Below, one piece after another: positions 1-12,862 of a stretch of DNA of 64,000 bases. The stretch comes from Lytechinus pictus (lineage: Eukaryota). The position numbers were made by a program, and so were the translations under genes. How positions within the stretch are numbered: position 1 is the first letter of the stretch; every line of letters begins with the position of its first letter. The notes below the pieces were generated by a model, which searched no databases, had not been told where the DNA came from, and saw nothing but the letters and a program-made list of their open reading frames with translations. The DNA lies in NCBI RefSeq assembly GCF_037042905.1, contig NC_087246.1, positions 3,970,001 to 4,034,000 of the forward strand, given 5' to 3'.

Positions 1-2341
1 TCATTTTCTTGAGTTTTACATGGCATGTGACACTGAAATTTGGCATATATGGGTATTTTGAGGCACTGATTTCAAATATTGCCAGCCCCCAGCAATTCGA
101 CCATGTGGTCAGAGGCAAAATGGCCGCCATCTTGAAATCCAAGATGGCCGCCATGATATATTATTGCAATCATTTTCTCGAGTTTTATGTGAACTGCGGT
201 ATTGAAATTTGGCATATAGGCTTAATTCGGGGTGCTGATTTTAAATATTGCCGGCCCCAAGTGATTTGACCATCGGGTCGGCCGCCATTTTGAAATCCAA
301 GATGGCCGCCATGCATATCGAAAAATAAGACCTCAAATTTCTTCTCCCTTTCACTGCAAACGTTCGAGTGCACTTAAGCGTATCACCAATACATAAAGAC
401 ACGTTGATAGGGGTGCATGGTAGATATACATGTCAGGTGAACAATGGGTGCGAAGGGTGACCGTTGTTGTATGAGCTTGATTTCACCCTCCATGGAATAC
501 ACTATTCCACCACACAGATTTGTCATGGTACTATCGCCAATCCTTGCTACGAGTCTGAAACTGCGTAGATTTCCCATTTTACAGGCAAAACGATGGGAGC
601 TATATCGCATATGATAGATTTCAACAACTGAACTTCTCTTGCAAATTATATATTGTGGAATTCATAATTTTTCGACAAGAAAATGTAAAATTTTGAGCTA
701 AACAATGTATATCGTCATGGGTTCGATGGCTAAAAATGAAACACAAAATTTGTGCCTGGAAAGTGCAATACTGCAGATCATATGAAGAAATAATTTACAG
801 CCTCTCAACAGAAAATGATTGTTCCGGATGGTTATTATTCAACCAAAGCCACTTCAAATGTGTAACTGCAGAAGAAGCTAGCTGGTTTGTGTATGTATGG
901 TGCTTCATACTTAAGTAACATCTATATCAGCAATTAAGGGTGCCAAAGTATTGTAATCCTTGCAACGGACAAAGATGTGCTTGTGTTCGATTTGTTTTCA
1001 GTGCCTATACAATGGGTTATACTCACCATTATAATGTTGTACATCGTTCAAACTTGGTAACCATATTGGAATTCAAAATAGCATCTATTTATTATCTTCT
1101 TTTCATTGATCAACAATGCAAAGATCAAGTTTTTCTCCAAATCTAAAGTGTTACAGGCCATACGTAAGACTTGAGCAAATTATCTTTCATGGCGGCCATC
1201 TTGGATTTTAAGATGGCAGCCGTTTTGTCGCTGACCTGGAGATCAAATTGCTGGGGGGCGGCAATATTTGACATCAGTGCTTCAAAATACCCCTATATGC
1301 CAAATTTCAGTGTCACATATCATGTAAAACTCAAGAAAATGACATTTAATGAGTTTTCATGGCGGCCATCTTGGATTTCAAAATGGCGGCCATTTTGCCG
1401 CTGACCAAATTGTCAAATTGCTGGGGGCCGGCAATATTTGAAATCAGTGCCTAAAAATACCCCTATATGCCAAATTTCAGTGTCACACATCATGTAAAAC
1501 TCAAGAAAATGACATTTAATGATTTCTCATGGCGGCCATCTTGGATTTCAAAATGGCGGCCAACCCGATGGTCAAATCACTTGGGGCCAGCAATATTTGA
1601 AATCAGCACCCCAAATTAAGCCTATATGCCAAATTTCAATACCGCAGTTCATATAAAACTCGAGAAAATGATTGCAATAATATATCATGGCGGCCATCTT
1701 GGATTTCAAGATGGCGGCCATTTTGCCGCCGGCCAAATGGTCAAATTGCTGGGGGCCAGCAATATTTGAAATCAGTGCCTCAAAATACCCCTATATGCCA
1801 AATTTCAGTGTCACATGACATGAAAAACTCAAGAAAACAACATTTAATGATTTTTCATGGCGGCCATCTTGGATTTCAAAATGGCGGCCGACCCGATGGT
1901 CAAATCGCTTGGGGCCGGCAATTTTTGAAATCAGCACCCCAAATTAAGCCTATATGCCAAATTTCAATACCGCAGTTCATATAAAACTCGAGAAAATGAT
2001 TGCAATAATATATCATGGCGGCCATCTTGGATTTCAAGATGGCGGCCATTTTGCCGCCGGCCAAATGGTCAAATTGCTGGGGGCCGGCAATATTTGAAAT
2101 CAGTGCCTCAAAATACCCCTATATGCCAAATTTCAGTGTCACATGACATGAAAAACTCAAGAAAATGACATTTAATGATTTTTCATGGCGGCCATTTTGG
2201 ATTTCAAAATGGCGGCCGACCCGATGGTCAAATCGCTTGGGGCCGGCAATTTTTGAAATCAGCGCCCAAAAATATCCCTGTATGCCAAATTTCACACTTT
2301 CTGCCAGATTCGAGCATCTTTTTCACATATCTACTGGACTA
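1..2341. mobile_element. Academ-like non-autonomous DNA transposon with long repeat-built inverted arms (left end outside window)
   Basis: 1-312 is the reverse complement of units within 1186-2300. Arms are tandem ~160-170-bp units containing palindromic ATGGCGGCCATCTTGGATTTCAAGATGGCGGCCAT. Right end ...CTACTGGACTA|TTA fits the TAG...CTA termini of Academ. Core has decayed Cys-rich coding traces (CNPCNGQRCAC). Confidence 0.6.
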
Positions 2342-2492
2342 TTAATGCTTATCCTAATTTATGACAGTTATTTGGGATGTTACAAAATTATAACGTATGA
2401 AAGCTGATATTCTTTGTTTAATTGTGATTAATAACCTCCGGGATAATAACTGATGAAATATTTTAACTTTGGATTTTGTTTGTATTATTCAG

Positions 2493-2713
2493 GAAAAGAC
2501 TCTGTTATTGTGATAGCACATGATTTCGAATGGAAGGAAGATCAGTTACCTAAGGCCCGAGAGGATATTGAAGCGACACTTCGTATCAAGCAGCCTACCA
2601 CCTTCAAATGCGCGGGAACGGTCATTTTGGCGGGAAAACTAGACAAATGGAAAGCATCTACCTGTTTGTCAGATGTTGACTGGAAAAACATCGAAGCTGT
2701 TATCCCAAAATAA
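2493..2713 (+). CDS. Probable terminal coding exon of an upstream plus-strand gene, product unknown
   Basis: Pyrimidine-rich tract plus AG at 2491-2492, then open frame (G)KDSVIVIAHDFEWKEDQLPK...EAVIPK to TAA at 2711-2713; protein-like composition and higher GC than flanks. Confidence 0.5.
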
Positions 2714-3087
2714 AAATTTGCCTGATCGTTTGCTTTAAAAATCCTCAGTTCAAGCTTGAAATGACCGCTCATTATCAGAGAGCCGAGAGGGAGATGAATA
2801 CAAAGAATGGGACCCATCAAATTTCGCTTAAACCTGCTCCGACATCCTACACTCATGAATGGTAGAGCGAATTACACTTTAAAGAGCTGCGCAAAATCAT
2901 TTTATATTGTACACGCATGGTGCGCATATTACCCTGGCTATATCATGTATATAGGCCTACTTTTTAAAATGGCCATCTATTCCTTACAATTTTCTTTTTC
3001 TCACGTTGTTATGCACTCTTATTTTCCTCCCCATTTATTCAATACAATCTGAAATTTCCTTTCTTTATATATGTATCATCTATATAG

Positions 3088-3400
3088 TGGAAGTGTCGTG
3101 GTGTAGAATTTGATTCTTAACCAATGGTCGATGGTTCGAAATCCCACTGGCGTTAAGGTCCCTTGGCAAGGCACGTTGTCTCTCTCCATCCAGGTGATAA
3201 ATGAATAGGCCTACCTTGATAGGATGTCAGATTGGCAAGTGTGCACTGGTAAAAGCTATTGCCTGGCCAGGATACTCACCAAAGGAGTGGAGATAATGTA
3301 CTTTATGGGTGGATGAGTGGTGAATCAAAATGAAAGTGGTATTGTAAAGCAATTTAAAACACAAATCGTGAAGTGCTATGAAAACGTATTTATTATTATT
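3088..3400 (+). mobile_element. Degenerate tRNA-derived SINE
   Basis: A-box-like GTGGTGTAG, B-box GGTTCGAAATCCC, core TCCCTTGGCAAGGC...CCAGGTG and (TTA)n tail; related to the SINE at 27939-28341. Confidence 0.6.
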
Positions 3401-4093
3401 TTTAGTGTGGTTTTGGCAAAACTTATTTCGTTTAATATGATGTAAATATTCATATTTGATATCTTGTACATATAGTGTTCAGTACAAACTCATACATCCT
3501 ATTGGAAATATGGGGGAGGGGTGACGCTTTGAACTAAAAATTGTATCAAATTTTCCATTTTGCTTTTTTACAGGTCTGTTAATCATTTGTTATCCTCTTT
3601 TTGTCAAGCTTTCTTAAAATAAGAACCTCTAACTAAAACGATATAAAATTCAGGAAATTAATCTGCATAAATGTATTTCACATTGCTTTATTTTAAAACA
3701 AAGTTCTATTACCGGGGAAAAAGAGGAAGAAATGAAGACGAAGAAAAAAAAGAAAGGTATCAGAAAGACAGTCTTGTGTCGCATAATAACTTGATAATAA
3801 GTGATCATTTAATGAACTCAAGGATGTCATCTGCATGAACGTTTCGCAAAGTATATTGTAAACAATTGGTTAAAGTTTAAAAAATGATACGTTGCATTTA
3901 ATATGAAGTACGGGATATTCAGGCAATGTTGCAATCTCGAAAATATTATGATTACAATATAGAATTATACATCATTCTAGTAATTTTTCGTAAAACCCTT
4001 TTTTAACTTTAACTAATTGTTTACAATATGCTTATATTGATTGATTTTTGTATCTATTTTGTTGTCATTTTGTTTTAATTTGCATTACCCCCA

Positions 4094-7000
4094 TTTTTGT
4101 CTCACCAGCATAGCAGAGTGAGACTATAGGCGCCGCTTTTCCGACGGCGACGGCGTCAACACCAAATCTTAAATGACAGCATAACTTAGAAAGTGTATGG
4201 ACCTAGTTCATGAAACTTAGACATAAGGTTAACCAAGTATTACTAAACATCCTGCCTGAGTTTCAGGTCACATGACCAAGGTCAAAAGTCATTTAGAGTC
4301 AATGAACTTAGACCATGTTGGGGGAGTCAACATCAAAATCTTAACCTTAGGTATACCTAAGGTTAAGTTTTCGAAATGTCATCATAACTTAGCAAATATA
4401 TGAACCTAGTTCTTGAAACTTGAACATAAGGTTAATCAAGTATTACTTAACATCCTGCCTTAGTTTCAAGTCAGATGATCAAGATAGTCAAAGGTCATTT
4501 AAGGTCAATGAAATTTGGCCAAGTTGGGGGTATTTGTTGAATTACCATCATAACTTTGAAAGTTTATTGGTCTAGTTCATAAAACTTGGACATGAGAGTA
4601 ATCAAGTATCATTTCAAGTATCTTTCATGTCACTATATAAAACAAATTCTTGTCACTAAATAAAATTTTTGCTCGCGCTTCGCGATCGCATTGCCTTTTA
4701 GGTGATTTACATATCTTGTTCAATATGAAGTTTAAATATCAAGTTTGGAAGTCTATATACAAAACATATTTCATCTCGGAAATCGAACTTTCATTATTTT
4801 GTGTGATTTACAAATCGATTTTTAAAAAGGGCTCCGTAAAAATGTCAGTTCTATGGTCTGAATATTAGCATTTTCTGCTCGCGCTACGCGCTCGCAAATT
4901 TTGATTTATCAGGTACCTATTATCTTCGTATATTCCATAAAGTTTTCAAAATATCCCTTTTCAGGTCTGATTTTCAAAACGTATCAGCTAGCGCTGCACG
5001 CTCGCATTTTGATTGGCGAGTTGTTTGTCTCAATATTGATTAACAAAAAACTACTTAAAATCCCCTTTTCATGACAGTGTATACAAAATTTAGGCTCGCA
5101 ATTTGCGCTCGCATTAATGGTTAATAATATATTAACTGATGCATCCTAGTTATAATTACAAAAGTGCTTGAAATGTCCAGTTTTCAGGCCATCATATCAT
5201 CACATTTCGCGCCCTCATTAGGCATTAATGAATAAGATATTTATTTCATAATTGATCCCTTTTGTTTCATCTCGCGCTTAGCAAGAGGAATAGGAAGACA
5301 GTCTTCATTTTTATATTATGTCCCAAGGATGTGCCGGTCCTATGTCAAAACTCAAAGTAATAATAATGAAAATATCAGCTCTTTATTAAGTGCGATGCAT
5401 ATCCACCTCATGCACAATTTTCCTACAAAGTGCTTGAAATATAGAGCTGAAATTGACTCTTTTTTTCAGATCGGAATATCAAATAGTTTGAGCTAGCACT
5501 CGCTTGATTTTCACGATTAAAGATGTATTTAGAATGCCTATATTCTAGGTCTAAATATGAAACACGCGCGCGCATGTTTATTCGATACTCAACTTGTTCT
5601 CTATTCAAATCATTATCCAGTTTCAGATCACAATATCAAAAATTTTCTGCTCGCGCTTTGTGCTCACATTATTAATGTAGAAAGATCCCCTATTACTCAT
5701 TCTATTCATGATTTACAAAACATGAATAGAGTGTCCCGTTTTTTAGGTCTTAATGTCGATTTTTTTTTCTGCTCGCGCTTCACGCTCGCATCAATTGTTT
5801 AGTTATAAAGCTATCTTGTTTATGATTAAAAAAAATGATTAAAATTTTCCATTCATTATGTAGAAATGTCAATTTTTTTCAGCTCGCGCTTCGCGCTCGC
5901 ATTATTTGATTGCTGAAAAATGTAACGTCTTCATGGCTAAGTGGCAGTCCTTAACAGGTACCTTTTCGATCATTTCAAAACGCATATGGAAATTTTCTGC
6001 TCGCGCTTTGCGCTCGCATTATTAATGTAAAGAACATCCCCAATTACTCATCATTTTCATGATTTACAAAATATGAATAGAGTGTCTCGTTCAGAAGGTC
6101 TAAATCTCGAAATTTTCAACTCGCGCTCGCATCAATTGTTAAGTTATATACCTATTCTGTTTAAGTTACAAAAAGTGCTTAGAATCTCCATTCTTTGGGT
6201 AAAAATGTCAAAAATTTAATCTCGCGCTTCGCGCTGGCATTATTTTATTTTTAAAATATGTAACGTCTTCATGGCTAACAGCTTGCAGTCTTTAACAGGT
6301 ACCTTTTCCATCAGTTCATTTCTGCTCGCGCTTCGCGTTCGTAGTCATTATTTAGTTGCATACACATCTTTTTCAGGATAACAAACATTGCCCAGAATGT
6401 TCAAATTTTAGGAAAAAATACATAAGATTTCCAAAAAATTTAGCTCGCGCTTCGCGCTCACATTATATGAATGAGGATTATGATATTATATATTTATGTT
6501 GATTAATAAAAATAAAGCTAAAAAGTGACTATTAGGACTACCCCTTCAAAGAAACCAAAAATCATCTTCGAGCGGCCGATCGGGGAAAATATGTAACGTC
6601 TTCATGGCTAACAGCATGCAGTCTTTAACAGGTACCTTTTCCATCAGTTCATTTCTGCTCGCGCTTCGTGTTCGTAGTAATTATTTAGTTGCATACACAT
6701 CTTTTTTCAGGATCAAAAACATTGCCCAGAATGTTCAAATTTTAGGAAAAAATACATAAGATTTCCAAAAAATGTAGGTCGCGCTTCGCGCTCGCATTAT
6801 ATGAATAAGGATTATGATATATATTTATGTTGATTAATAAGAATAAAGCTAAAAGTGACTATTAGGACTACCCCTTCAAAGAAACCAAAAATCATCTTCG
6901 AGCGGCCGATCGGGGAAAATATGGCTGAAAAAAAATTCCGGGTCCCCCTATTGGCGAAGGCTGGATCCGCCCCTGGGTATCTGTTGAATTCCCATCATGA

Positions 7001-7576
7001 TCGACTTTGAAAGTTTATGGATCTAATTCATGAAACTTAGACATAAGAGTAATCAAATATCACTGAACATGCTGTGCAAGTTTCATGTCACATGATCAAG
7101 GTCAAAGGTCAAAGATCATTTAAGGTCAATGAACTTTGGCCATGTTGGGGGTATTTGTTGAATAACCATCATAACTCTGAAAGTGTATGGATCTAGTTAA
7201 TAAAACTTGGACATAAGAGTAATCAAATATCACTAAACATCTCATGCGAGTTTCAGGTCACATGACTAAAGTCCAAGGTCATTTAAGGTCATTGAACTTT
7301 GGCCAGTTTGGAGGTAATTATTAGATTGCTGTCATAACTTTCAAAGTTTATAGATATAGTTTATAACATGTGGATATAGGGGTAATCAAGTATCACTGAC
7401 AAGTCTTAGGTTGCATGATCAAGGTCAAATGTCATTTATTGTCAATGAACGTAGTATTGTATCATTATATGGTGTTTTTTTGTGAATAATTATTTCATAG
7501 TAGTTTTCAAAGTCAGCAGTGCTGCTATATTGAATCGCGTGACGCAGGTGAGAGTGCCAGAGGCGCTCCACTTGTT
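4094..7576 (+). mobile_element. Helentron-associated non-autonomous element (HINE/DINE-like) carrying a nested insertion
   Basis: 5' TTTTTGTCTCACC...GTGAGAC hairpin/subTIR, (GACGGC)n, internal ~150-bp tandem units (CATAACT...GAAACTT...GGTCAAAGGTCA) at 4180-4610 and 6980-7450, 3' GCAGGTGAGA plus short tail ending CTTGTT in a T-rich site. Confidence 0.6.
4620..6975 (-). mobile_element. Non-autonomous DNA element with many CTCGCGCTTCGCGCTCGC motifs, nested in the HINE; one terminus CAGGGGCGGATCCAG
   Basis: Dispersed motif repeats; end GGATCCGCCCCTG at 6963-6975; internal ~335-bp tandem duplication (about 6255-6590 / 6590-6925); related decayed copies at about 37330-37800 and 51600-52583. Confidence 0.6.
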
Positions 7577-8154
7577 TATGTTCAATGTTTTAATCTGGTA
7601 TATTTAATTATATCATATTTCATAATGTCAGGTAGTCAGTTTCCATTTTTTTGTCAAGGTGTCAGCACCATGTAAAGGCTTTTCTTTCATTTTCTGTCAT
7701 TCATATTTTACTATTACCACTGTTTATTCCGGGTATATTCTGTTATCTATATTTTCTTTGTGTACATATAATTTTGTTTTTATTGTGTTCTGTTTAATGA
7801 ATTCATTTTAAAACAATATGTACTTTTTTCAAACATTTTCCAGATTTTGATGAATATTGTATTATTTTACGATTTTCCATCTAATGTATTTTGGACTTTG
7901 AATGTACCTTGTTTTGTTCTGTTTTATTTCATGATGAATGTAATAAATACTTTCGTTAAAAACCAGTACAGACCTATATACATCTGAATGTATTTAGAAG
8001 AACTGACGTCATCTCATGGTCGACCAGGCACTACTTCTGTTCGGGATATTCATTCATCAATCATGCTATATGTTCATATAATTTCGCATTACCTTGATTT
8101 GGTGTATTTGGGAGAAATTATGGCGTTTGGATTTGTAGATCTCTGTGGTAAAGG

Positions 8155-8688
8155 CCCGGGGGGGGGGGCACTCAGTATATAATGCATAGTGGGTATGTGC
8201 CGCGGAGGGGACCCCCATTTTTACACTAAAATTTCCGTTCCAGGGCATAGCATTTTCATCTTATTGAGAAAAAGAACTAAGAAGGCCGCTCCGAAGCATA
8301 GCATTTTCTTCTTATCGAGAGAAAAGAAGAAAGAAATACGCTCCAAAGCTTCGCATATTTTTCGTTACGCCGTTCCGGTCGCATTGATCCGCCACAATGA
8401 GCTGCAATTTTGGTGAAACGCGACCGCAGAGCGCCGTCCGACCATCGCCTCTGCGCGAGCGCACCCGGCGCCCGTGCCGCTGGGCTAGCTGCATACACGT
8501 TGACGTTCCATAGGGATGCACACGCAGGCGACCCGTTCCAAGGACCCCCGTTTTCACAAACATTTGTAGTTCCGAAGCCCGTTCCGAGGACCCTCCTTTT
8601 TACAATAAGTCCGCTCCAAGGCCCCCGGTTTTTGTCTCGCCCGCGGCACATACCAACCACTTTTTTGGTCGAGTACCCCCCCCCCGGG
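8155..8688. mobile_element. GC-rich MITE with CCCGGGG...CCCCGGG termini and 8-9-bp TSD
   Basis: TIR CCCGGG(G)nCACTC...GGGTATGTGCCGCGG / CCGCGGCACATACC...GAGTA(C)nCGGG; GGTAAAGG duplicated at 8147-8154 and 8690-8697. Confidence 0.75.
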
Positions 8689-8959
8689 GGGTAAAGGCCT
8701 TAAATGTGACTAGTTTATGCCATCAGCTTTTCACATTTTATACTTAAATAATCATGTATTTTAAATATTTAGGAATCGTCCAAAAAATGACAGTATAATT
8801 CATTATTGCATAATGGCGCATGTATTATAAAACATAAATTCACGCGTGAATAATGAATACCGTATAATATCAAAACGTGAATTCATTGTGCTTGAGAGGG
8901 CTACTCCCAATACCACCAAAATAGCTTGCCTCACGAATAAAGTATCCTATAAACTTGTG

Positions 8960-9154
8960 GGTGACGCGACATTTGCTCCCGCGATAATTGCTCCGGGTTC
9001 AATTTTGTCTAAGATGAAGGGTTAGGTTGCAATAGGGTTTTATGTTAGGTTTAGGGTAGCATATAGTGCTAAACCCAGGGTTGATGTTGGTCATTCGATT
9101 AGTGTGTGGAATTTAGAGCTGAGCAATTGTCGCCGGAGCAAATGTCATGGAACC
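8960..9154. mobile_element. Short MITE with TTAGGG-like internal repeats
   Basis: TIR GACATTTGCTCC..GATAATTGCTC / GAGCAATTGTC..GGAGCAAATGTC; internal GGGTTAGG and TTAGGG motifs. Confidence 0.6.
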
Positions 9155-9538
9155 AAATTTTGCCACAGGAAGCTCTTCAACTATCCCCTTCCTTTTCTCA
9201 TCCTCTCCTATCGCTCGTTGGTATGCGTGCTTCTGCTCCTCTTTATGGCCCCCGCTTCACGAAATCTCTTTCCCTACCCTCCCCCTCTCTCCCCTTCCAT
9301 TTCTCTTCCCTCTCTCTCCCTCCCTCCCTCCATCTCTCTCGCCCCCATATATATCTCTCACTTACACTCCCGTCTTACTCCCTCTAAATCTTTTTTTATC
9401 AACCCCATTTATGCCACGGTATGACCTCCCTCTCTTTGTCCATTCACCCAAAACTCGGGGGACGCGTCAAAAGATGCAATTCAAATTTTTGGAAATCATT
9501 TTAATATGAATCTATATCTGTCATCAAACAAAAAACAT

Positions 9539-10871
9539 TTTTTTTTTTCTTTTCCTCGTATCAGAGGTATTTATTCATTCAATTGCCAAATCAACATGTA
9601 TTTACATCCAGGGTCTTAGAGACAACATCCGAGATGTTGTCTAAAAGAATTTCATATTTAAACACATGCCATATAGAATAACTGTTATATGGTTTACCTT
9701 GGAAATAGTTAATCATATACATCAAATAGATTGCATATTGAGCATACACAAGGACTGTATTTATATCTGTTGCTTTTTCATGTGTGAAATCAAAACCAAC
9801 TATTAATAATTTTTCGTTTAATATAATTTTTTCTTTAAACATTAAATTAATCAAATTCACAATACGTTTCCAGAAAAGCTTTACGCTTGGGCATTCTAAA
9901 ACGACATGATAAAAAGATTCTGTTGTTTTACAGAAAATACATAAGTTGTCTGTTACAATTTTCCACCTCCACAAGTTGTATCTAAACGGTAAAATCCTGT
10001 GAAGAGTTTTGAAGTTGAGTTGCTTTATTTTATTATTTTTCAACGTCTTAAACTTAAATTTCAATGTGTCTTTCCAGTCAAAATCAACTGCAAGGTTCAA
10101 TTTACCTTCCCAGAATGTTAAAGCAGCCGGTTCTCTTTTCTTAAATTCACACAATAAACTATAGAAATTGCGAGACTTCATTGATCGTAGTCTAATAAAA
10201 TCAAGCGTTCTAATTTCGAATACGTCGCTTCCGTATTGTGAATTTGATTCATCGTTATCTGCATAACTTATGTCTAGAATTCTTTTGATCCAAATTTTTG
10301 GTATCGCATTTTTCAGTTTCGAATACATAAAGTCAATTAACAAAGAATTTAAGCCAAGCACTCGACAAATATGTTCTCTTGGCCGAAATCGTCCATTTTC
10401 TACAATGTCATTAATCGTTATAATGCCTTTTTCAAACCATCTTTTAAAAAATAAAGGTTTTCTATCATGTGTGATATTACTGTTGTACCACAAAACTTGA
10501 TTTTTAACATTTACAATATCTGGAAACTGAATATATTTAAGTTCACTCCAAGTTATGAGACAGTCTATATAAAAGTCGGGTACCTTTTGTTTTACGCACA
10601 ACTTCAACATATCTTTACTGAAACAATTTGTTTTCAAAATTAATAAAATAGGACATATTTTTTCAATCCAATATCTAAACATAAACTTCCACGGTGCATC
10701 ATTATCATTTTCAAAGAATCTACTCAACCATGATAAATGTAAGGATTGGAATTTAGATTTCAGATCTATCATTCGCAGTCCTCCCCTTATAATATCATTA
10801 ATTAAGACTGCTCTCTTGACTTTTTCTCGTTTTGAATTCCATAAAAAATTATACATCAGTTTATTGAGATC
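9539..10871 (-). mobile_element. 5'-truncated Tx1/L1-clade LINE (ORF2 C-terminal part, in frame to stop at 9591)
   Basis: Motifs NFLWNSK..GGLRMIDL, LWYNSNI, CxxC..ES..HVVLEC; poly(A) (T-run from 9539); 12-bp TSD AACAAAAAACAT at 9527-9538 and 10872-10883. Confidence 0.9.
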
Positions 10872-11387
10872 AACAAAAAACATAAGTTTGGCATATATCC
10901 TGTATTTGAAAATATACCCCACAACGGTTATTAAAGCGATTTCAGTGATCCCTCGCCTACTCTTCATGCATACCATTTCCAGACTATTTGTAAATTATCA
11001 TACAATTTTCAAACACGGAATACATGTATTCCTAATCGGCATAGGCCAATAATCATCAGTGTATGAATTAAGCAGTAATCCGTTATACATTAAAATTCGA
11101 TAATCGTTGAACACTTAAAAAGGGGGTTGTACGAAAAGTTCTGTATTAAATCAGATGGTTTATAATTTAACAGTATATCGGTATGGGGTTGAAATTTCAT
11201 AGAATGCTATTTACTATATCGACCTTATATACTCGTTTACAGCTGAAAACAGCTGATTAAAAAATAAACTTTATAGTTCAAGGTTTTATACACTTGTTAA
11301 TCCATTTAAACTACTATGGGGTTGACATAGTTAACAGTGTTATTTAAACACTTTAAACAGCATTTTTACTGTATAAAGTATCCTTAA

Positions 11388-11951
11388 CGGATAAGTCCAC
11401 CCCAACATAACCAGCATAACACTGAAAATGTCATCAAAATCGGATGTAAACTAAGAAAGTTATGACATTTTAATGTTTTGTTTTACTTCACAAAATAGTA
11501 TACACATCGCGGTCGGTATGCAAATGAGGGACTGATGACATCACTCACTCACTATTTCTTTTGTATTTTATTATATGAAATATGAAATATTCTAATTTCC
11601 CCCTCATTGTCATATGAAACAAAGTTTTATTTCACCCTGAACATGTGGAATTACCATTGTTTAACATTTTATGGTTCAGTCAAGTTGGTCCTTATTGTCA
11701 AATCTGTAAAAATTGAAATATTGTATAATTTAAACAATAAAAAACAAAAGAAATGGTGAGGGACATCATTGATTCTCTTATTTGCATGTGACTAAATTGT
11801 GCGTATAACCATTTTGTGAAAAATATGCGAAACTTTAAAAATGTCACAACTTTCTTATTTTACATCCGATTTTGATGAAATTTTCAGGATTATGCTTGTC
11901 TGATTTTTCTCTATTGATCCAAACCAACATTTTCTAAGGTGGACTTGACCT
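11388..11951. mobile_element. Kolobok-like non-autonomous element (TTAA target)
   Basis: TTAA|CGGATAAGTCCACC...GGTGGACTTGACCT; long imperfect TIRs; homologous in opposite orientation to 25908-26498. Confidence 0.65.
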
Positions 11952-12137
11952 TCAAGTTTTGTTTATTCCCAAAATCCTTTTACAATGAAACTTTAGGGTT
12001 TATAATACCTAAATAAATTCGGACCTTCTATTCCCTTTTTTAATCGATGTACATAGGGCCTCCGAAACAAGAGGGTTTGAATCCAATGTTAATATCAAAT
12101 GAGTTATTAACTTGACCCTCCATCATGTCCATAAGTC

Positions 12138-12562
12138 GAAATCTGGTTTCCAAGTAAGCCTAACCCAACATAGCTACATGTACTGTAAGAAATCCGGTTT
12201 CCAAGTTAATCTAATCCAATATAGCAACAAGTACTGTGTGAAATCCGGTTTCAAAATAAGCCTAACCCAACAGCAACAAGTACTGTACGAAATCTGGTTT
12301 CAAAGTAAGCCTTACCCAACAAAGCAACAAGTACTGTATGAAATCTGGTTACCAAGTAAGCCTAACCCAACATAGCAACAAGTACTGTACAAAATCTGGT
12401 TTCCAAGTAAGCCTAACCCAACATAGCAACAAGTACTGTACGAAATCTGGTTTCCAAGTAAGCCTAGCCCAACAAAGCAACAAGTATACTGTACGAAATC
12501 TGGTTTTCAAGTAAGCCTAACCCAACATAGCAACAAGTACTGTACGAAATCTGGTTTCAAAG
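12138..12562. repeat. Minisatellite, ~8 copies of a 51-bp unit
   Basis: Unit GAAATCTGGTTTCCAAGTAAGCCTAACCCAACATAGCAACAAGTACTGTAC repeated head to tail with no unique spacers. Confidence 0.9.
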
Positions 12563-12680
12563 CAAGCAGTAAGTACATATCGCTGTCTGTTAACGTTTAT
12601 ACACGTCTCTGAACAGCTGAAGAATTGGTATTTAAAAGTAAAATGAGTGTACTGACTTATTTTGTCCGACTGGTACTGTG

Positions 12681-12862
12681 CAGGGGCCGCGGAAGCGGGG
12701 GGGGGGGCTGGGGGCTTCAGCCCCCCCCCCCCCCACTTTTTCCAAAACCGTGTACAAAAACGTAAAAATGACCATAAGATTGTGATTTTTTGCATGGTCA
12801 GCCCTCCCACTTTTGGCTCAGCCCCCCCCCCCCCCACTTTGAAAACAGTTCCGCGCCCCCTG
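12681..12862. mobile_element. MITE with CAGGGG termini and 5-bp TSD (hAT5-like)
   Basis: CAGGGGCCGCGGAA...TTCCGCGCCCCCTG; CTGTG at 12676-12680 and 12863-12867. Confidence 0.75.

Noticed and set aside
8277..8694. Overlapping 83-127-aa ORFs
   Set aside because: They fall inside a GC-rich MITE and have no protein motifs.
10872..10976. N-terminal 35 aa of the 461-aa ORF as a real gene start
   Set aside because: It lies beyond the 12-bp TSD, so it is chance read-through from flank into a truncated LINE ORF2.
12138..12562. CRISPR-like array
   Set aside because: Units are contiguous with no unique spacers, there are no cas genes, and the context is eukaryotic.
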